This document shows positions 1-11,880 of a DNA stretch of 64,000 bases, one piece after another. A program made the translations under genes and the position numbers. Within the stretch, counting starts at the first letter, position 1, and the number at the start of each line of letters is the position of its first letter. The notes beneath the pieces are model-generated. The model saw only the letters and a list, made by a program, of their open reading frames with translations. It was not told the origin of the DNA and ran no database searches. Source of the stretch: Cyanophora paradoxa CCMP329 (lineage: Eukaryota; Plantae; Glaucophyta); the NCBI GenBank assembly GCA_004431415.1, contig QPMI01000601.1:124001-188000 (forward strand), in the 5' to 3' direction.

Positions 1-1326
1 CAATAGCTTTCTACAATGATTTTCTTTCTACAGTAGCTTTTGTTACAATAGAATTCTACTGTATGATGTAGCCGAAATATGAATGCACCCTACATTAAGC
101 AATGTCAAGTATTTCGAATACTATTCGATTTCCTTACAATAACACTCAGCATCTCCCCTTGATTCCCCCTATTATATTATATTTATATTTAAGTGGACTC
201 AAGGTTGACTCATATTAATCGTAAAAGTAGTAAAAGTATATGGATTTTGTTACGAATTCAATGCAAGGGTTGACTAAGTGGGTTGAGTTGACTCAAATTT
301 CACAGGAAATAACAATGAATCAGAGTATAAATGCATTTTTTGAATCAACTACACCAACTAACACTGAGATTTTACCAATATATGAGGTCCTTACTGAATA
401 TGGTTTGTGTGACAGGTGTGACAGGTCTATCCCAAACTTTTCTATAGCATAAAAATGAACTCTCAAAAGTTTGGGATGGACCTGTCACACCTGTCACACT
501 CGATTATTTCATTTGTTTATTCAAGTAGAATTACATAGATAAACTTCTTACTTATTGTTACTGAGTTTTTCATTATAAAAGAGATCCTTACTGAATATGG
601 TTTGTGTGACAGGTGTGACAGGATGCATTTTGTGAATCAACTACACCAACTAACACTGAAATTTTAACATTAAAAGAGATCCTTACTGAATATGGTTTGT
701 GTGACAGGTGTGACAGGTCTATCCCAAACTTTTCTATAACATAAAAATGAACTATCAAAAGTTTGGGATAGACCTGTCACACCTGTCACACCCAATTATT
801 TCAAAAATCCTAAGGGTCCCCCCTTAGAATCATTAAAACATGATAAAAACATATAAGTTTCATGTATAATTACGATTGGAGTCAATAAGAGATCGATTTG
901 TTAATATAAACAAATGAATCATTTATGGATCTTAATCGAGTTTAGCGATATGTTTCCGATTAAATGAATTAAATTTAATTAAATTTAATCGAGAAAGTAC
1001 ATGAATATAATATCGATTAAATCAATTAACTTTTAGACCAATCACACATAGTAAAATGCGGAGTTTTAACCAGAGGCAAGATCTAATTGAGATTCAGTTA
1101 TATTATTCGGAAACATATAAAGATTATCGATTCACTCAGTAAGACTAATCGGAAAATAAGAGAAATTTACGATAAAATATCGAAAAGAATACAAAATAAT
1201 CGAAATAAATGAATATTCGATAAGATATACACAGATTATCGATTGATTGAAATAGAATATACGAGATATATCAACAAAATCAATTAAGATAAGCCGAGGG
1301 TTAAAACTCCGCATTTTACTATGTGT
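1..1326. mobile_element. AT-rich terminal segment of a probable second endogenous virus/large DNA transposon (element continues left of the window)
   Basis: Abrupt AT-rich to GC-richer switch right after ...TACTATGTGT (1326). The terminal 28 bp (1299-1326) recur inverted at 1044-1071. Many AATCGA/TATCGA motifs, as in the PLV TIRs at 50276/62841. The end reads 5'-ACA, like the PLV. Confidence 0.5.
332..791. repeat. Direct repeat (~165 bp, two full copies plus a partial one), each full copy ending in a 35-bp-stem hairpin with GTGTGACAG iterons
   Basis: Copies at ~332-499 and ~623-791. Hairpin arms 407-441/465-499 (1 mismatch) and 699-733/757-791 (perfect). Half-site GTGTGACAGGTGTGACAGG at 604-622. 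Confidence 0.9.
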
Positions 1327-1817
1327 ACCGCCCGAAGAAGGAGCGCCGGACGAGTCATGATCAGAATCAGAGCTCAAATTAGACCGATCATCGGATGAGA
1401 GCCGGCACCAGACTCTGAGCCACGTTCGTCATCGTCCAAGGCATCCTGATCATTAGCGTCAGCAGCAGCCAAACTAGCGCGCCGCTCCTCCAATAAGGCC
1501 GAATCCTGAGGGAGGGTGAATTCTAGGTAGGACGTATTCCTGTCCCAGGCGGCAACAAGGGCGGCACGGTTGTAGGAAGGTGCATCAATGTCAGCCTCCT
1601 CAAGATCGCACCGAGCGCGAGCAATGCAACCTGTTGGATGGAAAATACGCCAGCAAGCTTAAGGATCGCTCCAAGTGATCGAAGGCAGAAGGCGGGGTTG
1701 ACTTTACTGCGCAAAATAGGCCGGCGCCATCTCGAGTTAGTCGAGTTAGGCCCGGCGGCCTGGAGGCAATTGCAACTTCCTGGAGCTATAGCTATGCCCG
1801 GGCTGCAAGCTTAAGGA

Positions 1818-1848
<31 letters not shown>

Positions 1849-2481
1849 ACCTCTCGTCACGGCGTTGATCATGATCGCATGAGGTCGAGGGGCGGCCCGC
1901 GGCGCCGGCTTCCGGGATCCGGGAGGCTAGCTCTTCGAATAAATATGTTCAACGTGCCGAGGCCAGGCGGTCCAGGCGGTCCGACGGTCCGACATGTCCA
2001 GGCCAGCTGCAGCTGCAGGCAGCCCCTCGGCTCTAAGCTAGAGTCCAATCTGTATCATAAAGTATCTAGAGTCAGGGCAATAGAGTAGTAGTACTAGTAC
2101 GTATACTAGTCGGGGGAGAGGCGGAGAGGCTTGTATACGTACGCGTACGTATACGTATATACACGGCAACGTATACGTAATACGTATACGTAGCTTCATG
2201 AATAAGGATCGAGAGAGCCCCCCCCCGTGACAAGGCCCCCCCCGTATCCGATCCGGGGCCAGCCGCACGCGTACGTGCACGTGTGTGATCCGGACTGACT
2301 GTGCCACGGTGCCTCCGATCCGGATCCGAGGCTCGCGATCAGATGTATTGCAATTCACGACAGTGAACTTGTTTTGATGCGCATATACAATGCCGAATTT
2401 ATAATAATAATTTTGTGTGCGAATTGATGTGGCACACATGATCATGAGGGACTTATACAGATGCGTGATCTATAGCTAGAT

Positions 2482-3873
2482 CTATTTGCGCATGCGAACA
2501 AGCTGAAAAATCACTCCCAGGGAAACGGCCGCGGAGAGCACGGAGAGCATGGAGGCGCGGCGGACTGTTTCCGCGGCCCGCCGCTCGCGCTCCGCCGCCA
2601 CGTCCGCCGCTTGCTGCGGATCCCGAGCCGCGCGCTTGTGATCAGGAAGGAAAATGTGGACGGAAAGACGTAGAGTCCGACCTGGGAGGCGGAGCTGGAC
2701 TGGGCGAGGGCGCGCTCCAGGCGCCGCACCGACGCCTGCAGCTGCAGCCCGCGCACGCACGTCAGCGGTGCCCAATGAAGAGATGCGAAACTGAAGGTGC
2801 ACGATGGCGAATAAAAGAGCTCGGCCACAGTTCAAGCTTGAGCCCAATAGAGTTTAAAGTGGTATAATGCCATGGCCAGGCGACCGGAGGCCTATTGCTA
2901 GGGAGCTCAAGGCGCACCTCCCCGAACTCTTCAAGCCTGGAAATTCTCTTCTCCTGGTCCGCACCCCGCTCATCCAGGCACGCGGCCATCTCCTCGAGAT
3001 CGCTGGCTTTCCTTTCCAGAGTCTGCACGACAGAGATCACCCGCGGGCCCCAGCGAGGATGCAGCTGCAGCTGCAAGCTTGAAGGAGCCGCGCACGGCAT
3101 TGCGGCCGTCGATCACGTCGAGCCTCTCCAGCAGGGACGGCTGCAAGGCTGCATCGCTGAGCTGCGCCATGTAGGGTTTAATTATGTAATAGCGAAGAAG
3201 AATGTCGATGGCGAGATTTCTGCAGGCGAGAAATGGGCAAGCCTGGGAGCTCGAGTCCGGCTGGGCGAGGCCCACGGCGCTTTCCAGACGCTGCACCGAC
3301 GTCTGTGTTTCCTGAATGGATGCACGCGCGACCTGAGCGAGAGGGGATATCGATTGCAAATTGTAGCTCAAAATTCAAAGATTCAAAAAAATCTAAAGCC
3401 ACGGGTGTCCAGAACTCTTAACGCACTGCGTTCTCCTCGTCGAGCTTGGTGATACTCGCTTCCTGCTCTGCGGCGAGTTCGCGTAGTTCTTCCAGCCCGG
3501 GCTGAAGGAGGCCTATGTCGTTCTCCAAGCGCTGTACCGTCGCCTGCATCGCCTGCGCGGGAGGCGCACGTTCATAGTCCGATTGTGCACGGCTCGGCCC
3601 CGATCTTTGATCTGCGCACGGAATGCTGCCCTTGGAGCCCGGCCAGCCTTTCTTCCTGATCTGCGAGTGTCTTCTCCAGCCTTGCCACCTTCTTGTCCAG
3701 CGTCTGCCGCTTGAAGTTTGCCGCCATGTCTTCAAACTATTACACAAATTCAACGGGAAGCATCGCACTGCCATGTGGTCGTCGAGAAGCCTGGCAACTT
3801 CTTCCCGCAGGGACTGCGCACGTGCAATTGCAAGGTTTCGAAAACCGTCAGTGCAATTCTTGAATGCGATCAT
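2482..3873 (-). CDS. Multi-exon coiled-coil protein with C-terminal hydrophobic tail anchor (boundaries approximate)
   Basis: Repeated heptad segments in successive exons (QATVQRLE, QTSVQRLE, QASVRRLE, DQEKRISRLEE, DQEERLARL). Ends ...SMLSVLSAAVSLGVIFQLVRMRK* at 2482. Confidence 0.5.
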
Positions 3874-4019
3874 GAGTACTAGCTATAGTCAGAAAGCGAA
3901 TCGCGATCGTCCGAAAACCTTGATCTCGCGAAAGACGGATCCGTATGAGCCGCCCTAATCGTTCGCATCTCTCGCAGTGAGCGGAGCCGGAATGCCGATA
4001 GGAAATTGATGTAAACATA

Positions 4020-5800
4020 AACGAGGTCAGGGCACGGACCTCGTTCAATCCGTGAAGTCTCGCGGTGCGTACGGAATGCTCAAACTGGCGCCGCGCGAGG
4101 GCGGCGCGCTCCGCCGGCTCGAGGCGGGAGAAGGGGCCGACCCGGATCGGCATCGTCCCCCGCACCGTTGGCGGGTCGAACTGAGCGGAAGGTCTGTGAG
4201 GCATGCGCAGGAAATTAAAACCATTCGAATGAATTTTTTTGCGGACCGGAAATTGCAGTTTCTCCCAAAAGCATTTACAGGGATACAAGTCACCGTATTC
4301 AGGCCATTGTGTGCACTCGTATGCTCCACCCTTACACACAAAGCTCCTGCTGAAATCTTTTCCCGAACGACACTTTACAATTTCAAGCGACGCGGTTGCA
4401 TTGATTTCCAAGTTGGTTCTGCCGAAAACGAAATTGAAACTCCAACATCGGGATACAGGATGAGATTAACCGTTGAACTTCAACTCACTTCTTTCGGATA
4501 GCAGCGCCATCCTCAAAGAAGCAATTAGAGAACTGCGCTCACGACCGAGGACATACATGATTGAGTGCTATAATGACTGCAATCGTCATATCGATCAGGA
4601 CGTACCCGTGCTTGTGTCGAGCCGAGGAGATCCACGCAAAACATTCTGGCCAAAAAATGGACATGGTCGAACTGTGCATACGAACGCGTGATTGATATCA
4701 GGAGAGACGGCATAGAGACGTGATTGAGGTCGGAGAAGGCGGTGACGCATACGCATGTGCACCTCAGCGCGCGGAGCAAGGGAAGATATTTTGAATGTTT
4801 TGGGGAAGAGTATCGTTTCGACTTTTGGGTAATTCACAACATCAGCGCGATTTCCTACTCGAAGTTCGACGTGACGAAAGAGGAATCGATTCATCGGATC
4901 GCATTCAAGGAAAGAAACTGCAACGCTTGAAATAATTAGGCTCCTTGCAAACGAATCCAACGAGATCTAGAAGTGCTCGATTCGGCTTGCCATTTGTATT
5001 GGCAAAGCGAAATCGTATTGCAAATTGAATGGCACGGACCGCCGTGACCATTGTCTCCGTTTCGAATGCACGTGTTCTCAAGAACGAAGTCCGCGCCAGC
5101 GCACTTGCGAACCGCAACGCTGTCGACGATGCACTCCTGGACGGCGATCGAGCCGCCTTTGCACCAGCCGGAGAGCTCGATGCCGCCCCGCACGTCGAGT
5201 CCGCGGACGAGCAGAGCGTGGGGACCCCCGGCGAAGTCCATGACAGGCTCGCCGCTCTCGGGTCTGACTTTGCTCTGCCGAAGAATAACTTGGAAACCGT
5301 CTCCGACAATGGCAAGGTCCCCGGAGCAGTGCACGCGGAGGGGGCGCTCCTCGACGTAGTTTCCTGCCGGCGCGCCCGCGCGTCAGCTGCAGCCGCTGCG
5401 CAGGCGCACGCAGGCGCGCTAACGCTCATACATATGTATGTGGGCCGGCCGCGGCCGCGCCCCCGCGCGGCCTGGCCGGGGGCGCGCGGCCGCGCGCCCT
5501 TAAGTATAAGCATGAAAGCTTGCGGAGCTCGAGCGGAGCGCGCGAGCGCACCGGGGCGGACGACGACGGTGCCCGTGCCGCCGATCGCCGCGACGGCCTC
5601 GCTGATGAGGCGGAAGGTCGAGGGGCCGGCCGCCACCTCCCGGAAGTCGACGAAGACGACCGGCTGCGGCCAGGCCGGCAGGGACGCCTCGTCGGCGACC
5701 GGGTGGGCGATCGGCGGCAGCCTCGTCAACGGCGTCTGCCAGGTCGGCGCGTCGGCGCCGCCCGCTGCAGTAACTGCCGCGGCGGTTTCGCTGCCGTATT
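4020..5800 (-). CDS. Right-handed beta-helix (pectin-lyase fold-like) protein, paralogue 1, multi-exon; 5' end diverges from paralogue 2
   Basis: FRLISEAVAA..GTVVVRPG / NYVEERPL..GDLAIVGDG is a typical beta-helix N-cap, followed by short beta repeats (IAVQECIVD, FVLENTCI). Exon-by-exon similarity to 6170-8124. Confidence 0.5.
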
Positions 5801-6169
5801 CGGGAAGGGTGCTGTTGTTGGATGCACGATCGCGAGGACCTGAGTATATAGCTAAGTATACGAACATGCCGAGCAAGAGAACATGCACATGTATGAATCT
5901 ACCGCGGAGACAGACCTTGCAATTGTGTAGGTTCAGGACTTGAATTTCTCTCGTCGGGAAACTGCGCGTACTTAAGCTTCACATGCACAGAAGACGGAAG
6001 ATCATTTTATGTGAGTTCGAAAGCCTGAAACATACCTGAAAAGTGTTGGTACCGGTGCGGGACTCGGGGAACCCGTCCTGTCCGTTACAAAGTCATGCAA
6101 TCAATCATATGCATATGAAAAACGAGTTATCTGCAGTCGTCTGAGATTTACAGCGCGAAACATATATAC

Positions 6170-8124
6170 CTCTATGCGAGCTCGAGATCCAAAGCCGGCA
6201 GCAGTGCGTACGCGGTGCTCGGCCTGGCGCCGGGAGAGGGCGGCGCGCTCCGCCGGCTCGAGGCTGGAGAAGGGGCCGACCCGGATCGGCATAGGCTCTC
6301 GCTTCGCTGGAGGGACAAACTGACCGAAGGCGCCGGCTCGTTAGTGAAGAAAATATTAATATTCAACTTCGAATTCGATATTTTCTTACGACTACGAACC
6401 GGAATGCACAAATCAACCCAGTGACATTTACAGGGATACAGATTACGAACGAAATCGTAATCGCCCCCTGTGCACCTTTCGGAAGGGGCGTAGCATTTCA
6501 GATAAACTCCAGCTGCTGAGAAGCATCGCACAATTTCGAGGGACTGTAATGACTCCGATGACGTCGAAAAAACGGATTTCTTTTGTACTGCGCAACCCGT
6601 CTCGAAAAGGCAATTCACAAACTGCGCACGAATTCAAGTGGATTGCGATTTGCTTCAGCGTCAATCTAATGTTTGATCATGACAGTTCTAGAATTCGAAC
6701 AAATACGCGCCCGTGCTCTTGCGGCGCCCTCGAAAATGACGCAGAAGTCCTTGCGCAAGAAGTGCACATTGTGAAACTGCGAGTCTATCAACCGTCCGAG
6801 GGCGATGACCTGCCAGGCCCCTCCCGGAGTCCTCCCCCCCTCCCCTCCCCCCCCTCCCCCCTAGGTCGATCGCGATTAGCCGGTCGAGGGCGATGGCCCG
6901 GCCCGGCCCCTCCGATCGTTAATTATCATGGAGCTAATAAGCGGCTTTAATTTCCAAGTTCACTTCAGCTACTAGCATTAGAAGTAATATTGTCTAACAG
7001 AAGGCGCACCTCAGGAAGGGCGTTGATTGCTGGAATTGTGACAGGCTTCGGATAATCGTCTCGATCTCCATGTATTCCTACTCGAAGTTCGACGTGACGA
7101 AAGAGGATGCGATCCATCGGATGGCATTCGAAGAACGAAACTGCAATGCGTAAAATGAGTAGGCTATTTGTACACAATTTCCAACGAGACGTTCTCGATT
7201 CAGGTTGCTATTGCGAAGTGGAATCGTCTTGCAATGGCACGTGCACGGACCGCCGTGACCATTGTCTTCGTTTCGAATGCACGTGTTCTCAAGAACGAAG
7301 TCCGCCCCAGCGCACTTGCTGACCGCGATGCTATCGACGCTGCACTCCTGGACGGCGATCGAGCCGCCTTTGCACCAGCCGGAGAGCTCGATGCCGCCCC
7401 GGACGTCGAGCCCGCGGACGAGCAGAGCGTGGGGACCCCCGGCGAAGTCCATGCATATGATGGGTTCTCGCTTCTCACGCCTGCGGTTGGTATCTTGCTC
7501 CTTACGCTTGAACGAGCCGAGCATCAGGGCCACATCAAGGCCATCCCCAACGATGGCGAGGTCCCCGGAGCAGTGCACGCGGAGGGGGCGCTCCTCGACG
7601 TAGTTTCCTGCCGGCGCGCCCGCGCGTCAGCTGCAGCCGCTGCGCAGGCGCACGCAGGCGCGCTAGCGCTGACGTCGACGCTCGCATGTGCGGCCACGGG
7701 CCGGGCCGGCCGCTCACGGCCGCGCAGGTGCCCCACGCGCCGGCGACTCTATAGCTATGCCACGGCCAGCTGCAGCTGGCCAAGGCTGGGCCGGCCGCGG
7801 GCGCGCGGCCGCGCGCCCTGAAACGCTCGCGGAGCGGAGCGTGCGCGCGAGCGCACCGGGGCGGACGACGACGGTGCCCGTGCCGCCGACTGCCGCGACG
7901 GCCTCACTGATGAGGCGGAAGGTCGAGGGGCCGGCCGCCACCTCCCGGAAGTCGACGAAGACGACCGGCTGCGGCCAGGCCGGCAGGGACGCCTCGTCGG
8001 CGACCGGGTGGGCGATCGGCGGCAGCCTCGTCAGCGGCGTCTGCCAGGTCGGCGCGTCCGCGCCGCCCGCTGCAGTAACTGCCGCGGCGGTTTCGCTGCC
8101 GGCACCGCTGATGATCATCGTCAC
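6170..8124 (-). CDS. Right-handed beta-helix protein, paralogue 2, multi-exon
   Basis: Near-identical blocks to paralogue 1 (e.g. 7845-8100 vs 5540-5795; 7245-7450 vs 5030-5240; 6222-6291 vs 4086-4152). Confidence 0.5.
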
Positions 8125-8303
8125 GGCGCACGCTGTACTCTGAAGAATCGATGGCGTTTGTCAAGTTGAGCTGGTGTCGAGCGGCAGCTGTGTGTGTTGC
8201 TGCCGAGAGCAATGCAAGTTGCCTGCAGTCCAAAGCGCGTACCCTTTTCCGACCGTATCGGTACCCCTCTCAATTGTGACCATACCCCTTTTTGGTTGCA
8301 GCC

Positions 8304-8397
8304 CAACCCTCCCGGCCCTCCGGCCCCCGCCGACCTTCCCCGGGCGTACCCAACCCTCCCGGCCCTCCGGCCCCCGCCGACCTTCCCCGGGCGTACC
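8304..8397 (+). repeat. Exact 47-bp tandem duplication
   Basis: CAACCCTCCCGGCCCTCCGGCCCCCGCCGACCTTCCCCGGGCGTACC at 8304-8350 and 8351-8397. Confidence 0.9.
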
Positions 8398-10844
8398 CAT
8401 CCGCCGCGCCGCCCCCCAGTCTCCACCGGCGGCACCCTCCCTACCCTCGACTCCCCACCATCCTCCCCAACCATCCAGCCCTCCCGCGCTCCCCAACTGT
8501 GCTTGAGTCTCCCCCGCCCGCCCCGAAGGGCCCGCCACCCCCCCCTCCCGGCGCCCGCTATGCCCAAGAACTCGCCTCTCAGCTCGCCGACCTGGCTCGC
8601 AACGAAGCCTCCGCCACAGCGCGCCGTCTCTTCCGGCCGTCCACGTTACCCCACTCGAAGCGGCGTCCATCCTAACTGAAGCCGCTCACCGTGAAGCCAC
8701 CCTGCCGCAACCACGGTCCGCCAAAACATCCAAAACAGCCGCACAGAAAGAGCGGCCCGCACCCGGCTAAGAATCGTATCCCGAACCCAGCCTACACCCC
8801 TGACAACCGCCACAATGACGCCGTTGACAAGCTTGCTAAAACAGCCCCGACGCCCCCTCTCCGCCCTTCTTTTCATTCCCCACAGTTTCAAATGCTTCCT
8901 CATCCGTGTTGGCCTCCCGCCCCACTATCCCACGGCCCAGTCCCCGGGGCCGAGCCCTACCGAGGCAGACTCCATGCGTACCGCGTCGAGGGGGACCCCC
9001 GCTCTCACTTCCTAGCCGAAGCCTCCCTCTCCCAATACCTCGACTGGCGCCAGCTTCGCAACGCGGGGGCCGTCCTCAGCAACCCCCATGTTACCCTTGC
9101 TCCAGCCCTCTCCCTAGTGTCCGACAAGCCACCGGACCGCCGCACCCCCACAGGCGACACCTCCGCAAAGTCAGATTCCAATGCATGCTTGGAAGCCTTC
9201 CCTCCCTCACCATCCGCCTTCTCCACGACCCGACCTCTACGGCCCTCTCTTCCCCGACGGCACCGCCCACTGCCCCTTCTGTCACCTCCCTCCCACCCTG
9301 CCCCATCCCCGAAGATGCTGCTTCCCCACCCTCCCCCTCCCCGCCCCTGCCACATGCACCCCCCGGGCTCCCCTCGCCTCTTCCCACCGGCGGCCGCAGA
9401 CCCCAGACCGCCCGACCCACAACCCACCCCCCCGAAGACTTCGTCCACATATTTACTTGCCCCGCCGCTCGCCTCCTTCTCCAAGCTCTCCAGGACGCAC
9501 TCGTGACCTTCCTCCGTACCCGGGTTCTCCGCCACTCGCCCAAACCACTAGGACACGACGATACCATCTTTCAACTCTTCCCCTTCCTCCGCCTCGTTTC
9601 TCCTGACCCCGCCTCTCCCCTCCAATCCGCCCTCCTCTCCCCCACCGAAAACCCGGCCCTTTTCCGCCCCCCAGGTCTCACCGATACCCTATGGACAAAG
9701 CTTAGCCCGGCCTTGGCTGACATGCTCCCCTTCCCCGCCCCTGCCCTCCTGCGCCTCGGCACCCCGGCAGGATTGCCCGCCCTCTGCACAGCTCTGGGCA
9801 TCAACAAAACCACCACAATGTCAATCCAAAAAGACCTAGCGTTGCTCCTCGACCAACACCTCCGTGCGATCTGGAGAGACCGCTGCGCCCGCAACCATGC
9901 CTGGGAGCTCCGACACGGCATCAATGACAGAACCAAACGTCGGTACCGCAAACATGCAGACTCCAAACCCTCCCGCTCGCCTCTAGTGCAGCCGCCCAGT
10001 CCCCCCCTCCCCCCGCCCTCCCCCCGCCCCTCCCTCCATGATACCATCTCCATCACCGACTTCTGCTGCGAATTGGGCTCGGAAGGCCAACCATGGATTC
10101 TCTTGGAAAACTTCCGCCAAGCAATTGCACGACTCCCCGTCGCCCCCTCACCCCAGGCCCCCCCTCCCCCAGCTGCCCGATGCAGGACCCGCCGCCGGGA
10201 CGTCTGACTTCTCCTGCACCTGCGGCACTCGGTTCGCCTCTGCATCTGCCCTCCAGGCCACTCCGACGCCAGACGGGGAAAATGCCCCGCCCGCCCTGAG
10301 ATCACCTCCTGCCCTGCCTCCCCACCTGCGGTACCCCCAGCACGACAGTCACACGAGAACTCCGACACTGGCATCCTGCCCGCTTCGCCCGCGGTCCTAC
10401 GAACACTACCCAACCTTCCAAACGCCCCGCTCCGGGCCCCCCTGGCCCTCCCCGAAACGAACACGCCCGTCGCCTGCCTCACGTAAACGGACAGCCGATA
10501 CCCCCTCCGCCCCGGCACCCAAATGCCCGCGCCCCGCGACCCCTCCCCTCCCGCCCCTACACCCGCCCCGCCCGTACCTACGGCGAAAAGAAAGGCAACC
10601 GGCCGCAAGACTCCCAGGCGCATGACCAAAAAAGCGCGAACGGTGCCGATACCCACGGGGCAACCCACAATCACGTCCCTCTTTGCACCCGGAGTGTACA
10701 AACCACTTACGACGCTGCAAGCAGCCAACTCCCCCTCCCCCCCCTTGCTTCAGCTGTCCCCCCCGCTCGGGACCTCGCAAGACGCCGCCCCTCAGCCCCC
10801 TACGGTCTCCCCGGCCCCAACCGGCCCTCAAGTGCCAGACCCCC

Positions 10845-10985
10845 CGCTGGCTCTGGCCACCCCTATGGCTTCGGCCCCCCCAATGGCCTCGGCCCCCCTT
10901 TGGCTTCGGCCACCCATCGGCTTCGGCCACCCCCTGGCTTCGGCCAACCCCATGGCTTCGGCCACCCCCTGGCCTCGGCCCCCCC
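10845..10985 (+). repeat. Minisatellite, ~18-bp unit (TGGCTTCGGCCACCCC-like), about 7 copies
   Basis: Visible tandem units tggcttcggcc/tggcctcggcc. Confidence 0.8.
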
Positions 10986-11562
10986 TCTCACCCGGTCGAC
11001 CCTCCCGACCCCTCGCGGCCCGCCTCGTCTCCGCACTCCAGCTCTCTGCGCCGCCTGCCAATGCCCACGCTCACTCCACACTGCTGTCCCGGCACCTCTC
11101 CCTGCCTTGCCCGCATCCGCTGCCCGCCCAAGCTGCTGCCTCCGCCCACTCCCTCTCCTTCCTCATATCTTCCTCCTACCACCTTCTTCACCTCGACAAA
11201 ACGGGACACCGATTAATCGGGGTCCTGGGGCGCAGGTGAGGAGGAGGGAGGAGGCGGAGTGGGGAGGAGGAGGCGTGGCGAGCGGCGGCAAGGAGGGCGG
11301 CGGACTGCGAGACATTTCACTTCCAGGGCTCATGAGGGATGGAGGAGTTGATCAAGGGGTGGGCGCGTGGGTCTGGTTACGGCTATCACCGAAAACCATG
11401 GCTCCCCCACTCAGGCGAACCTCCCATATTGAGCGACCCATGGCCGGCACCTAGCTAGCACCCTCGGCTAGATAGATGACCGGTCGGAAGGGCACGTCAC
11501 GTAGAACATTGATACATGTGCCGTGGTGTATCAATGCGACGTCCACTTTTGCAAAAAAAAAA

Positions 11563-11640
11563 AACCCTTTTTGGTTGCAGCCGTACCCCCTTTTGGTTGC
11601 AGCCGTACCCCCCTTTTTGGCTGCAGCCGTATCCTCCTTT
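11563..11640 (+). repeat. Tandem CCCTTTTTGGTTGCAGCCGTA repeats (3 copies; a further copy at 8286-8303)
   Basis: The same motif occurs on both sides of the decayed retroelement. Confidence 0.75.
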
Positions 11641-11880
11641 CGAATTCGCAGCAGGCATAGGCCGCTGTCGGTGCTGGCCATGGGCCAAATTTAAAAAGCG
11701 AGGGCGGGATGTCCCGGCGGGCTTCGGCGGGTTATATCAAAGCCTACCAGGACCCAGCACAGTACTTTCTCGACCCTACATTGCCCAGGTGCTCTCGACC
11801 CTACATTGCCCAGGCAGGCTGCAGAATCGCGGTTCGTGCAGGGGACAACGGGAAGCGTGCCGGGGTCGGGGTCGGGGGTG

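Larger units (their letters stand above)
8304..11460 (+). mobile_element. Degenerate, frameshifted non-LTR retrotransposon 3' part (RNase H end, zf-RVT-like CCHC knuckle, C-terminal domain)
   Basis: HNDAVDKLAK (RNase H C-terminal motif, ~8811-8840). RPDLY..CPFCH and EDFVHIFTCP lie in different frames (~9230-9463). IWRDRC..AWELRHGI (~9868-9922). Strongly C-rich strand, no host-type introns. Boundaries approximate. Confidence 0.7.

Noticed and set aside
332-791. Repeats resembling a CRISPR array
   Set aside because: No unique equal-length spacers and no cas genes. The structure is a direct repeat containing hairpins, in a eukaryotic context.
1327-1740. Acidic open frame remnant on the minus strand abutting the AT-rich element end
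   Set aside because: Could be a disrupted gene or TE ORF, but it has no start codon or recognisable motif, so no call is supported.
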